Origin: Vermamoeba vermiformis
Lineage: Eukaryota
NCBI GenBank assembly: GCA_045837725.1
Contig: JBEWZL010000162.1
Location: 1-64,000, forward strand
Reading direction: 5' to 3'
Length of the DNA stretch: 64,000 nucleotides
In this document: one piece after another, positions 10,812 to 25,254 of the stretch
How the letters are laid out: each line of letters begins with the position of its first letter
Numbering within the stretch: position 1 is the stretch's first letter
Program-made: the position numbers and the translations under genes
The notes under the pieces: generated by a model
The model's input: only the letters and a program-made list of their open reading frames with translations
The model's database searches: none
Told to the model about the DNA's origin: nothing

Positions 10812-11841
10812 CGCTCTGGCTTTGTAAAGTCAAACGGTAAATAATAATGGTTTCGAAAAATGCAATCTTTAATACTTACTATTTTTAGGCAATTTACAAC
10901 GTTCAAATAAAATTACTCTAACCAAATCTAAAAGTATTTTCAATTAAATTTAACCCGTATACCAAGTCAACAATCGGTATCCGATTTGGATCGAGCATTT
11001 CAAAGACTTGCGTGTTGGTACACTGTTGTGCACTTCGAAAGTTAATTTTAGCGGCGTCATAATTATCAATAATAATTGTATAGTCGGCTGATACTCCGGC
11101 AGACAAGATTTCGGAAGTTAAAGTCTTTGAAATGCGATCGATCCAGCACGTGGTTAGGTCGTATACTTATGTAATTAAGTAGCGGGCATTTTTATGTAAG
11201 TGGCTTATAACGTACCCTAATATGCAGCATTCGCGCGAATCTCAGCTTCTGTTGATACAAGCGATAAACACTCATCCATACTTATGGTTCGGGGTAGGAT
11301 CAAGGACTAGATGCCTTCTAGGGTTAACTGTTGCGCAGCGGGCAGTTTTTAACGCGCTTGGCAACAAAGAGGGCGAAACTCAATGCAATTAACGTCCTTG
11401 CCGCAAAGCTTGAGGTTACTAATTATAATTTACTTATTTTATATTACCATATGCCGTACCTATCGCCGTTAATATCGCCAAGATGGCTGTTTCCGCTTGT
11501 AGAGGCTACTGAGCAAGAACTCATTTGGTCATCCTGATCGTTTCTTTTCAATAATATTTTAATTTTAGACTCAATTAATTTAATTTAGCACGATCTTAGA
11601 CTCAATTAAGTGCATTTTAAATTAATGTTGAAAAGTTTAAATACTCTATCTTACCTCATCTCGATCAACCGTTTAATTAAAATCGTTGGTGGTTCACCGA
11701 GGCTAGGATTTGGTATACATTCGCTATTACTAACAATATTGCAGTACTAGGGCATTACCGTGGTGTATGGTAATTCGTTAACAAGGCGAAGTAAAATAAA
11801 ATCATCAATCATTTTCTTTGTTTTCGAACGTAATTGCACAA

Positions 11842-13724
11842 ATGGAACGAAACGCTAAGATCAAAAAGGTTATCCAAGAAGCAGATAAATTTCCCGAGTT
11901 ATCTGGTGCTTCCAACAACGACCCAAAAACAAATCCGATCGTGAAGAAGAAAAAAAAGAAAAAGAGCAAGAACAAGGCTACCAATCGATTTAATAAGGTA
12001 AATATTTTGCAGCATTATCTAAATAATTTTAAATTTATTGATCGAATCTGGATCACGATCAGATCGTGGAAAACGCTAAAATCCGCAAGAATGTCAAATA
12101 CTACAACTCCATCATCAACGAATGTGCTAAGCGTAGGAATTTGCACAGTGCCATTCAATTATTTGATCAACTAAAATCGCAGGTAAAAGATCAAAGCTTC
12201 GATTAACGTGTCAACCAACTAACCTATTCATATAGAGTCTTACACCTAACTTGTTTACTTACTCGGCCATTCTTAACGCGTGCGTCAGAAACGGCGCGAT
12301 GAGAAAGGCACAAGAATACTTCGACGAAATGAAGGCACAAAAAGTCCAATTAAATGAGATTATTTACACGATTTTGATTAAGGTATGGATTTAAAAAAAC
12401 TGCAAATACAAGAATACTTACCAATTACATTCAGGGATATTCGAACTCGGATATTGCGAAAGCAGTCAAATTGGTGGAAGAAATGGAGGAGAGCAGCATT
12501 GTTCCGAATCGTCGTACATATAACACTATCTTGAGAGCGTGTGTTAGATCTGGAAATTTGGCCAGCGCGAAGAAAATATTCAAGAAGATGAAAAAACAAG
12601 GGTTGAAACACGACCCGATCGCGCAAGCAATTTTATGCAAGCTGTACGCCCAAGAGCTGAAAGTGGATCGTGCGCTGCGCTATTTCAACCGCTTGCTGAA
12701 GCAATACCCCGAACAGACTTACGAAGATCGCTCCGCCGAAAAGCCGGATAACAAAAAGAAACAAAAAGATGACGAAGACGAAGATCCCACCGCCAATTAC
12801 AAAATCGAACCGATGTTATATATACTGCTAGCAAGCGTTTGTGCGATAACCAAGCGCAAGAAGGATGCTGAAAAAATCTTGGAGCAGCTGAAGACACGCA
12901 TGCCAGACGACAAAATGAGCGTCGAGAATATTCGCGACAAAGATCAAATTGTGCAATACTTGAAGACAGTAAATGGCGATAAAATGGAGCTCGAAGTTGA
13001 CGAGGATGAGCTCGAAGTTGCAGCTTTCAGAAGTGATCCACGAGTGTTTATCGTTGAGGAAGATAACGGAGACGATTTGGCCTCTCGATTGAAAAAAGAG
13101 CTAAAAAAGATTGCTAAGAAATCAAAATTGGCCGTCGAGGTAACTAGATAGCTTGTGTTCGTTAAGCGCAAAAGACTCACTTGAACGATTCAGATCGGAC
13201 CAGGCTCAGGACACTGGCTGGCAAAGAAAGCATCAGAAGACTCCTCCTATCACTGGGTTGCCATTGAAAAGCGATTCGAGCGCTCATTTGAAATATGGCT
13301 GAAGAGAAAGTTAGCCGTACCGTCGCTCGAAAAAAACATCACAGTGATCTGCGGAGATGTTCACCGCGTCTTAGACGCACTCCCGAGCGACTCTATTGAC
13401 AAAGTCTTTATCAACTTCCCAGATCCACCTGCCAGCTACGACGACGTCGAGAACACGAGCTTCGTCAACTCCACTCTAATGAAGAAGGTTCAAAAGGCTT
13501 TGGTAAACAAAGGCATCTTTGTCGTGCTAACTGACGACCAAGTACTGCACGGAGAGTTCAAAACAATGATTGAAACACTTGCTGGTGAAAAACTTGTGGA
13601 AGAGTTAGCGAACGCAGATCAACACGTAGATGCGGACACGCAGTCTTTCTTCGATAACCTGTGGAAGCGGAAGGGAAGAAACGACCGGTTCGCTATAGGC
13701 TTTACAAAGGTGAAACACGAATAA
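11842..13724 (+). CDS. PPR protein with a C-terminal TrmB-like tRNA m7G methyltransferase domain (PPR-TGM)
   Basis: PPR motifs PNLFTYSAILNACVR and PNRRTYNTILRACVR. After splicing, VEIGPGSG, WVAIEKR and VFINFPDP are TrmB motifs. Confidence 0.88.
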
Positions 13725-13849
13725 GATACACAATAAACATTTTTTTCTGTCAGGTCTCTCCTTGATTTTTCTGAACGCGTGGAAGCAGATCACACACATC
13801 CACAAACGAAGATTTTTTTAACAGCGAGCAAGCAAATCACCACAATTCA

Positions 13850-16577
13850 ATGCTAGGCAAAGCTAAAGTTGTTGGCCTCATTTTGTTGGTTATTTTGTTA
13901 CAAGAGGCTATGTGCGCTGATCAAGCGATCCCACAAGAATGGAGAGCTAAAATAGATCAAGGAAATATGCTTTTTGCAACAGCAGAGCCGAATCAATATT
14001 TGATGGCAACAGGTATGATTACTTTAACAAAATTAGAACAATGAACGGGTTGCAAATCTACCAACCACCAAAAAACCTTTTGATCTTTTTTGAAGCTTTT
14101 AAGTGCCCCAAACATTAATTTAAATCGAATTAATTTTTTTCTGATTATTGCTGTTGGTACCTTTCGAATATTCTAGATTCTGATCTGATTTTTTAGTGGG
14201 AAATGGCTTTTTATCATCAGTCATTGGAAGCGACGCCATATACGTAGCTGGAGTATTTTCGGGAGTAAATGTTGCGGTATGATCGATTTAACTATTTTCA
14301 AGCGGTGCATCTGACACGTGTCAAAGGGTCCGTCCCACCGCGCTCGCATTCCAGCAACCAACTCAGTTACTGTTGCTAACGGAAACTTTACTTGCGCGGC
14401 GTTGGACTTAAAAGAAGCAATTTATTATAGAAGGTAACTTGTTTGCACCACGTTGCACAAAATGTCGTCCAGCTCACATTTTGTTTATATCAGACTCACA
14501 CTGCCGGGATATGCTACCCTTATCGAACAACGATGGTACGCATCACGTGCAGACAAGTCACTATTTGTCCACGAAATTTACGTTGACAATTCGCAAGAAC
14601 AACGAAACGTGAAATTGGCTCTAAATCTTAACGCAGGTACGTCGTTGTGTATTGTGTATTACCGTATTTATTTTGGTACATCAGGGAAAGCAAGTGCTGA
14701 CATCAATCTCGCCACGCAATCTTACTGGCGCAATGACACCACTATCCTGCGGCTGTTAGGCCAAACGGTTGAGGCTGAATATCCAACATCCGAACTGTAA
14801 GTTTACGTTGCACAAGGGATACTGAAGCTTAATTTTGCACAGCGTTACCGTAGCTGTAGTTTCGAGCGTAATTCCCAATGTGCTTCCTGTCATGGCAGGT
14901 CAGCAGACTACATTCACCTACATCACAGCCATCAAGACCAGCCTGGACTCAACAGACCCTCTAAGCGACGCCACAATTGAGCATTACAACGCCAGACAAT
15001 CGCTTGCCGACCTCAAACCTCGTCACGTGCAAGAATGGGCTCGGCTCTGGGAGTCAAGAATTGAGTTCGCTGGCAATCTTCCCCTGGGACAAGTAAGTGC
15101 CTCTTTATGCGCGCCGTTTCTCTGACAGCTTGTAGGTTGTAAATAGTACGTTGTACTACCTTTTGAGCAGTGCTCGTCAAGACGTTCCTTGGTCTCTCTC
15201 CCCTGGTGGATTGGCATCAAACTCTTACAAGTACGTTGCGTCGCTAACTTACCAAATTAATGACCTTTCTTCAGCGGCCACACTTTCTGGGACACCGAGA
15301 CGTGGATGTATCCAGGTCTATTAGTTCTTTTCCCTGAAATCGCTCGAGACAATTTGTTGCAGTATCGCATCAACCACCAAGACGGCGCTATGATTAAGGC
15401 ACTAAGCTACAATCAAGGCTTCGAGGGCACGATGTTCCCTTGGGAATCTGCATTCACCGGCCAAGAAACGTGCCCTTCTGATGCTCCAACTGGAGAGTAC
15501 GAGCAACACATTAGTGGTGATATTTCGTTTGCTATTCGACAATACTGGGAGCTCACCCAAGACACAAACTGGCTATTGAACACCGCGTACCCGGTTGTTC
15601 GTGGCATTGCTAAGTTCTGGGCCAGTAAAGCTCAGCTCGAGAATGGAGTCTATGTCATTAATGACGTCATTCCTCCCGATGAGTATGCTTTTGGAAATAA
15701 CAGCGGTAAGCAATTAACCTGTAGAACTCTCACGTACTAACCAAGTGCAGTCTATACCAACGTCGTGGCAAAGATGTCCTTAGATTTTGCCGTCAAGGTT
15801 GCGAAAATGGTCGGTGATGAGGTACCTCAGAAGTGGATTGACATCAGCAACAAAATCAAGATTCCTTTCGACGATGTGAACCAAGTTCACCTTGAGTTTG
15901 ATGGCTATAAAGGTCAAAAGATTAAGCAAGTAAGTTATCGAATGTATGGTCCTTGTATTCGTTGTTGATTGGTGGCTTGCTAGGCTGATGTCATATTGCT
16001 TGGCTTCCCCTTGAATTTCCCAATGAGCAAGCAAGTACGACTCAATGACCTCGATTACTACTCACAACGCACGGACGAGAATGGGCCAGCCATGACCTAC
16101 TCCATGGAAGTTATTTCGAGACTTGAGCTTGGTCAATACAACAAGGCTGTGGAAGTATTTCCCCGAGCCTACGCCAACTATCAAGTAAGCGTCCCCTAGT
16201 CTTCCATTGCCAAGTACTAATCAGCTTAGGCTCCCTTTGGCGTGTGGACTGAGACTCCACAAGGTGGGGCGGTCAATTTCATCACAGGTGCAGGAGGCTT
16301 CTTGCAGTCCATTCTGTTCGGCTGGGGTGGCATTCGTATCTTAGAAAATGAACTGTACGTCAATCCCACTTTGCCGCCGAACACCACTGCAATGACCATG
16401 CGCGGCGTGCACTTCCGCGATGCCACGTTGCAAATTCAATTCACTAGCACATCTGTAACCGTGACTGCCCTCGAAATCAAGTCTCCGTTGTCGGTAAAAG
16501 TTCAATCTTCTGTCTATTCCCTCAACGAGAGCGGATCTTGGGTTGGATTTGGCTTGCAACCGTTTTCAGTCTTGTAA
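13850..16577 (+). CDS. PGGHG: Secreted GH65 glycoside hydrolase (acid trehalase-like / PGGHG)
   Basis: Signal peptide; motifs GHTFWDTETWMYP, FPWESA, PPDEY, KQADV, GPAMT and NFITGAGGFLQ. Confidence 0.9.
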
Positions 16578-16833
16578 ACCAGATCTACAAACATAAACCC
16601 GCTTCTTTAATTACTCGTATGAATGCCAAAAAGATTTGGCGGGCAGGATCAATGATCGTTGAAAGCCAGTATGACGAAAACCACCGCGAAAATTTATCCG
16701 TTATTTGTTAATTGAGTGTTCAATTTTGGAAGGTCATTTTAACTCACTCGTGCAACTGTATAGCACGAACTTATTTTATATTTCTTATATATTTATATTA
16801 CAATGACCCGAAGGAGATAAACAATAGATCGTA

Positions 16834-19800
16834 ATGCGAGAGGCTCGATCTGTGATCTTTTTATTATTATTATATGGCGTATTTTGCCTCGCTCAAACTG
16901 AAGAATTAGGTGTTGGAGGCGCAGGAGGAAGTCTGGTCTTTTATCGACCAGGTGATTATATTGCGTTCGAGAATTTTCAAACCTCAAATACATCCTTGCT
17001 CACGATCGAGTTTTGGCTAAAATCACGCTCATTCAGCCCCTTATTTACACCAATATCATATGCAACACCTGGCATGGGTTTGAGGTATGTTTTATACCAA
17101 ATTTTTGATTTAATTAGCAATTTTTAATAATTACATGAAACTCCTATTATCGTTTTCTTGGAGCTCAAAGCATCGGTAACAATTTTATCGAATAAAATTA
17201 ATTGTTGTATTGAATTTTTCGGCATTTTATGTAAATTTCTTAAAACTGATCTTAATCTAGATTCGCCGAAACATTAATCACGATTATTTGGTGTTCAGCA
17301 GAGTGCTGCACGAAACGAATCACGTATTAAACATATTTTTTGCTTTATTTCAGGTTTGCATGGCTTGGTAAACAAGGAATCCGCTGGATGGGTCAAGATT
17401 TTTTATTTGCCAATCCTGGAAGCATCGGAACGGTCAACCAAGGACTGCCCGGCCTCAGGTAAGTAAAATCTTGCATTAATTTGGCAAGTCGCGTGACTCA
17501 CCATTATCCCGCGATCCCATCTGACGTTTCGCCGTGTTGAGACTTGATTCTTCTGATAGACCTTTTTTAACGATAAAAAACTCTTAGTGACGTGCATTCA
17601 TGGCATCACTACGCACTTGTATGGTCAGGGCTATCAGGGATTTTTCAGTTTTACATTGATGGAGAACTGTGGGCCACAGCGTTCTTTGAGTCCTCGAAGG
17701 GGAATCTGTTCGAGAGCGGCGGCACGTTAATCCTCGGTCAGTTACAGGTATGAACTCATTTTTTATACTCAAGCGACGTGCAGTGCTAATATTGTACTAC
17801 GCAGACCAATCCTGGCCGTGGATTTGATGCACAGTACTCGTTTCAAGGCATGATCGATGAGTTGCGCGTGTGGGGCACCCTCAGAACACGTATGTGATAT
17901 CACACCTTGTTTAGGCAAATTTAATTTTCCGAACTTTGAACACTGTTTAAAATCCGCATTTCCTATCGTTGTAACTCGTACTATGATTTACTTTACATCC
18001 TAATTATTGAAAATCACACGAGTACTGACCAATCCCGTGTAACAGGCGCGGAAATACGCGAATGGATGCACTATCCAATACCGTCCTGGAACTCAACGGG
18101 ACTGATATCCTATTACGATTTCGATTCAAATCGTACGTCGACTAATCAACTACTTGATGCCTTTTCCCTCAACACTGGTTCATTTGGGCACTGGGATTTA
18201 TTCGAGACATACACTTTGAACGCGTCAGCTACGATGTCACCGGTCATCGGACCTTCAACAGCACCGGTGGTCATCGAGGATACGTCCGCGGTATTCTATG
18301 TGGACGTTGATAGCGGTCGGGATATCTTCCTGCCTTACATTTATTTGGACGAGTTCATGGGTCCTGGTGTTAACATAACCATCACTCGCATGCCCAGCAA
18401 CAACATTTACCAGTACATTGGAGGAAACAGAATTTATATACCAACTGTTGGGCCAATCATGTCAAGTGCATTATACTTCGACCCCGTGCAGCTGATATTT
18501 CCGGACGCCAAGTATGATTCTTTCGACTACTTGGTGATGACAGACTACGGTACGTAACAATGCTATGGAAGGTTGTGAATTTGTTCTGACAATATTCTTA
18601 GGTTCGGCGAGTGGCACGATTGTTATCGTTGCTAATCAGCCTGCTTCGTCCGTAGCCCTGACTGCGAAAGCTTATCAACAAGCGGATACAATTATCAATC
18701 TCATTTGTTATGACATCAACGGCAATGATCTTCAGCCCGTTATTACAGCTTTGCCGACGAGTGGAGCTATCTATCACGTAAGTTATGCTGTCTTAGATAG
18801 GCAGTGTTGGATTACTAACACGAATAATTAGCTGCCTAATGCGACAGAGATCAACAAGTCATTGCCAATAGTGGCACCGAACACTTTGGTCAACAGTCCC
18901 ATCAATTCGGTGGCTTACACACCTGTATCAAACTTACGGAACTTCCAGGATTCATTGTCGTTTTCGTGTGCACTGCGTGGCTCTAGCACTTGGAGCGGCA
19001 CTTCGTCGCAAGTCTACATTACAGTTGAGCTGTCAGACCAGCGACCACTAGCTGGCAGTGGACTGTGGGCATTGGAGTTTAATGGAATTAATAACTACGC
19101 CGCCACAAAGCCAAACTTGACTCAAATCACTGCACTTGGTACGGTCAGCGCGTGGATTCGGGTAGCGAGTACAAATCCACAGCAGGTACGTCTTTTTACA
19201 AACGGCCATATGTGTGTCCCGTCTAATGCTGAATAGACGGTCATTGCCGGAGTATGCGACAATGGCAGTGAGTGCTTGAGGCTGTATCTAAGCTACAACA
19301 ACTCGACGTTCCGCTTGTGCATGTCCATGACAAACTTGACACTCGGGGTGAACACACTCTGCGAAGTCATTCCAAACATGCAAACAACCTACTGGACACA
19401 CGTAGCAGCGACGATATCATCGGAAGTTGCCCTCTATTCTAACGGCTCGATATTGGCAACTAAAAGCCTCGGAAGTCTATTGTTTTTACCGAAGCAACTG
19501 ATTCTTGGTGCTGGATGGTCTGCAAATCTAACGTACAACAACTACTTTGCTGGTCGAATGGATGAAGTCAGAATATGGCAAGTTCCTGTCCAAGTGTCAA
19601 CTTCAATGCGCTCGCGAACTGCAGAGGATGTAAGTACAATATGTTACGAATTATTGACGCACCTGCCAACACATTTTAGAATCCGCTGTTGGTTGCTTAT
19701 TGGGACTTCAACAACGGCGTCGGAGAGACTACACCTGATGTCACGAAGCTAGGCATACGTACTTTATGGAGTTCAAACTCGACAAACGTTACGATGGGTG

Positions 19801-22594
19801 CCGTGAAAAGATCTACGTTCGCGACATTCAATGCTACGACGAATTCTACCTCACTTGTCGATCCAATGACAAACGCGTTCGTTCTTGGAGGTGGCTTTGC
19901 AGCCTTTCAGCCATCATACGTAGTTTCAGATGGACCTGCGTTTAGCATTTACACTACCCGCGAGGACGAGCCGGTCTTGTTACGCTTAGATGCTAGTTCC
20001 CTACTGTTCTCCTCTGTTGCGCGTGTCATTACAACCTTGCCACAGGTAATATGTCCTTCGTTTGTTTTCCATGAGCTAACCGTCGTGTTTAGAAAGGAGT
20101 ATTGTATCAAGTAGCTGAGGATGGCACGTTCTTGTTCGACAAACCAATTAGTGACCCGTACTTGTCGTGGGACGTGCGATATCCAATCGAGCAATGGGTC
20201 TCCAATGTATTGAACTTTAGTTCGTTCAATGGTGAATACTTGAACTCGAGTTATAGTCCTTTTAAGTTGATTGGAAGACCCAGCTGGTACGACTCGCCCA
20301 ACCCTCCATATGGTGACAACGTCAATTCATGGGCGCCTGAGTGGCCTTGTGTCAATCAGACTGCGGATGACTGGATTGATTTGGAGTACGAGACGGCTGT
20401 CTTCGTGTATTCCATCGAAGTGTGCGAAAACTTGAATCCTGGAATGGTCACCTCGCTCTCAGCATTCAACTTGGACAGTGGCGTATGGAGTGTAAGTGAC
20501 TAAGCAGTGCTAGCACGAGCGAGAGCTAATTATTTCTGCAGACGTTGTGGCAAGGACAAGCTACGGTTCAAGCTCCTTCAGTCACGATATGGGCGCCTTC
20601 GATCTGCGAGCCTTTGTTCCCTACAAATCGCATTCGGATGACGTTGAATGCGTGCACCTCTCCTGGTCCTGCTCAGATTGCTGGTGTGAAATTGATCGGC
20701 AGTGTGGACCCTCGACGAGGAGTGCTGACTAACGATGAAGGCTACGTGCTGTACGTTCCTTATCCACACGTGTACACTACAGACGGCGATACTTTCCAGT
20801 ACAAATCCATCGATTGCCCGTTCGATCGCAATCGCGAGTCATTGGCTGTGAACAGGACAAGTAAGTCGAAGCTAACCCGCTACCATACCGGCCCTTATTA
20901 ATACCTTTCCCAGTCATCATTACTCCACGAAACAATATGCCCTTAGCACTGGCTCAGAATGTGTCGTTGAATGAAAGCTTTTCCGTTGTGGTTCAATTGA
21001 CGCACGAGGACATTGATGGAGACACAGTGACGTATTTGATCAACACATTACCCGCCAATGGCTGGCTGACTCAAGTGGATGAAAAAGACAACAATATCGA
21101 TGAGATGACCGCGCCTGGCCTGTTGACCAATAGCAAAGGTCGCGTTAGGTACACGCCGCCAAAGGACACGTGTGGCATGGGCCTCGATGTGTTTACCTTC
21201 AACGTCAGTGACAAAGAGCTGACATCACCGGCAGCGATAATCACGCTCAATGTGTATTGCTTGCCTGGTGCGCACATTGTATCTGATGTGCTGTTCTACG
21301 TGTTCTTTGCCATTGCTATCTTGCTGGCCGTTATCTCGATTGGCTTTATCGTGGTTGTCGGTGTGCTCAAGGACAAACAGGTACGTGTGCACCATTATCC
21401 TGAGTGCGTGAGTTCTAACACCTTGCTCGTTACAGGAGTTCAGAATTGCAAGCCCGATGCTGTTGATAATCATGTTGGTCGGCTTCGTGTTGTGCCTGGC
21501 CTCGGTGTACTTCTTCGCTGGACCACTCACTGAGGCGTTCTGTCACTTGCGCGTATGGTTGCTCAGCTTAGGATTTGCATTGATCATAGGGTACGTTAAT
21601 AAGAGCTGTGGTTTAATAACATACTAACGTGATTCGTAGCTCGATGTTTGTGAAGACGTATCGCATCTGGCGTATCTTCTGCAACAAAACACTGAAGCGA
21701 AGGCAGCTTAGTGATCGATGGCTACTGTTCATTTTAGTAGCTTTCATTTGCGTGGATATCGTAAGTACAGCTTAATGCTACTCAACGGCGCTAACAAGCG
21801 TATTCAGGGTGTATTGATCGTGTTCAGTCTCGTTGGGAATAGCACCGTCGAGTCGTACCCATCGCTCGCAAATCCCGCGGCAACGGTGCAGTCATGCAAA
21901 TTCAACTACATCATCTTCTACTCGCTCTTCGGCTACAAGGTACATATTTACTTAAAAACAATAGTCAACGTAACTAATCGTTACCAGGGCTTGCTACTGC
22001 TGTTCACCGTGTTCTTGTGCTTCATGATTTGGAACGTCAAGCCTGCCATGCCAGACTTCACGGCACTGTCAGTGGCTGTCTTCACATTCGCGGTGTGTGG
22101 TCTCATATTGATCCCAATCATGTTGATCATCACCGAGGGCGATCCAAATCCAACAGCGGTGTTCTTAGGACCAGCTTTGGCTACCATAGTGCCAATAGCG
22201 ATCACACTAGCCGTAGTGTTCATTCCTAAGACGAAAGAAGTGTACAAGAATCGCAACAAGCAAAGTGACATGGAGTTCAACTTGCAGATCAACACGACGA
22301 ACACCGTGACGACTGTCAGCAAGCAGACCAATACCTCGACAGACTTTGACGACCCTGCGGAGAATAAGAGGTAATGATCTCAGTGAAGCTAATAGTTTTG
22401 TACTAATGTTGTCCATTAGTGTTATTGAGCTATTAGAAACGATTAAACAAAAAGACGATCAAATTGAACGGTTGAAGAACATCCTGGCCAAAAAGAAGTA
22501 CAAGATCCGTTCCCTGAAACAACGACTGATCGAAGCGAAACAAAATCAAGAGCCGCCTAGTAGAAGTAATATGCAAAGTAGTGAACACTCGTAA
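16834..22594 (+). CDS. Family-C (GABA-B/Grl-like) GPCR with a large LamG/pentraxin, discoidin-like and Ig-like ectodomain
   Basis: Signal peptide; LamG-like motifs (TIEFWLK, FQGMIDELRVW, WTHVAAT, FAGRMDEVRIW); 7tm_3 motifs (FRIASP, CHLRVWLLSLGF, FVKTYRIWRIF, FIPK); C-terminal coiled coil. Confidence 0.85.
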
Positions 22595-22885
22595 AGCGGA
22601 AAATCGATCAGATGCGCTGCAGCGAAGAAATCTTAATTTATTTCTTCTATGTGTATAAAATTCAGCAAACCAATTGTACATTAATTTCCCTGATAAACTT
22701 GCGAACTATTAAAATACTTACTCGTCCGGTCATCAACATGCCCAAACAAAATAAGCAAATCTGCGGCTGTCAAACATTTCATATCTTCGTTGTGATTTCG
22801 GGCTTCAATTTTGATGGTAAACAAACAGAGGACAACAAGTGCAGTGTACTTTAATTTTCTCAATTTAATTAAGTGACGAGAAACT

Positions 22886-23803
22886 ATGTCTGTTTCGGTG
22901 GTGATCAAAACGTTCCAGAATATCAAGAATGGAACCAAGAACTTCACGGTAAATATCAAAATAATATTTTATTTTTAGTATTAATATTATTTAAAAGGTC
23001 TATAATATTGAAGCAGTTATAGAACTGAAGGATGGAACATCCGAAAAAATCGTGATTGCACGGAGGTACAGAGAATTCTTCAATCTTCATAGACAAGTAT
23101 GTATACATTTGCTACCAAATTTTATTAGCATTAATTGGCTATCCAGGAATCATTTAATTTAATATTTTTCAATTTCGCATCTAATTAATTTGCGTGACTT
23201 TGATACCAATTAATTATATTGTCAAGTTATTGAAAACACACACACTGGTCAAGGGATTTGGATTCCCAGGCAAAAAAGCAGTTGGCAAAATGAGCAAGGT
23301 AAATATCGACTCGGATTTCAATGTCTCGATCCGAAAAGATCTTTCATGATTACCTACTATTATATCGCGTATAGAATATCATTGCCGGATTATTATTAAG
23401 CAGAATTTGCAAAATTTATCTTTATCGGCGTTCAAGGCTGGATCTTTTTCTTGCGATCGAAGGAGAATTTCAGTTCATAGCCTCTCTAATGATTTGAATT
23501 ATAGTCTTTCATAGAGTCGAGGAGGAAAAAGCTAGAGAAATACATGCAAAAAGTAGTTTCAGTGTCAAATATCTTTGCCGATGAAAATATGCAAAACTTC
23601 TTAGGCGTCGCCAAGTTCTGTAAGTGATAATATTGCTAATGTATATTTCTATATCAATGGCTAATATAATTATTCTGTTCTTAGTCGCAGACGGCAAGCT
23701 AGACACTTTGCGCAATTCAAGTCGAATGATTCCCTCATCTATAATCAACCACGACGAGGAGAATAACAACAATAACAATAATACTAATTACAATAACGAA
23801 TAA
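22886..23803 (+). CDS. Small PX-domain protein (5 exons, missed by the ORF track)
   Basis: Spliced translation: FTVYNIE...IARRYREFFNLHRQL...FPGKKAVGKMSKSFIESRRKKLEKYMQ...NFLG, followed by a poly-N tail. Confidence 0.88.
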
Positions 23804-24083
23804 GAATGAATTGTGGATTAAAATTGACGTTGTATTATTAATAAGAGTAGTAGCAGTGTATTATTTATTAAATGGGTTTGAACCAGCGGCACTGACCTTC
23901 CTAGTTTGTTCTTGGTCCTAATTACATCGGCACCATAACCTTTCGCAAGAATTTATATTGGGAATATTTCGTGCTTGCCTTATCGTATCGTGGCGATTTT
24001 TAATGGCTGAACAAAAAGGCTAAATTTTCAATTTTTGTTTAATCAAGGAGCAGTCGAGAAACAACAAAGTTAATTGTTGGAAA

Positions 24084-25186
24084 ATGATAGAAGAAGAGGA
24101 ATCAGTCGTACTACTGGATAAGAAAGGGCAAGATCCAGATTGAAAAAAAGATTCTGTGGTGATTTGACGATCTAATAATATTTCATATTCTAGATATGTT
24201 AGAAAGACATTTAATTTTGCAGGAGAGCGAGTATCAATAAGGAATCTCCTAGTAATGCGAGGAATATCCTTTTTCAAATTTAAATTTATTTTTAAATAGA
24301 CCCAGTTCTGATCTTTATGTTGATTAACGTAACAAATATTTATATAGTGTTAAATCATACATTTTAAAATTCCTTAATTCGAATTACGTTTTATTAGACA
24401 AAGGAACCGATGTGACGGGTCATAAAGTGTGGCCTGCATCAATGGTACTGGGCTTGTATTTGATTAAAAATAGAGAAAAGTTTGCAGATAAAACTGTTTT
24501 AGAAGTTGGAGCTGGCACTGGTATGTACTATCACAGATCTCATTGCAACTGCATCCGCTGAAGACTGATTGATAAATTGCCTGTTTTCGATAGGCTTGTG
24601 CGGAATATTGGCATCTAAAGTATCTAAAAAGACCGTTGTGACTGACGGCGACCAATCTGTGCTCGATCTCATTCGAGAAAATGTTACTTTGAATCAGTTG
24701 CCAAGTAAGACTGCTAATAAGGCGTATAATATGTACTAAGCAATATTTCAGATCCACCCGATGTTTTAGCGCTCGAATGGGGAACGGACGCTAGCGCGAT
24801 AGTTCAAACGTACGGCAAATTCGATTTCATAACCGGATCCGACATAATGTAAGTAAACTTGATTTACTATAATCTTACCAAAGGATACTTATTACATTAA
24901 TGACGTGTATTAAATTTTAACTTCCAGCTACCCTTCCACTCGAGATCTAGAAATACCTCTTCTGCTGTTAAATACGGTAGATCAGTTACTAAAGCCGTAT
25001 GGAAAGTTTTTCCTCGGCTACAAAGCGCGTGACTTGAAGACAATAGATATATTTATGGAGGCCGCGAAGACGAGCAAATTTAACGTACGCGAAGTGGATG
25101 TAAGGGCGTTATTTAGTCCTGAAGAACCACCCGAAGAAACATTCTTGTACATTGTTGAGCGCGAAGGAGAGGTTAATAATGACTAA
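24084..25186 (+). CDS. METTL21/Methyltransf_16-family protein methyltransferase
   Basis: TGHKVWPASMVL, VLEVGAGTGLCG, VVTDGD, LEWG, GSDI. The 5' exon structure is uncertain. Confidence 0.85.
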
Positions 25187-25254
25187 AGAAAGATATAAAT
25201 TGCGTAACGTTGTTTCTCCGCTCAACCTCCAAGGTCATTTTTAGCCAGCTAAAC

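Noticed and set aside
23880-24010. Possible tRNA or snRNA in the intergenic gap
   Set aside because: No cloverleaf, T-loop or snRNA signature could be identified.
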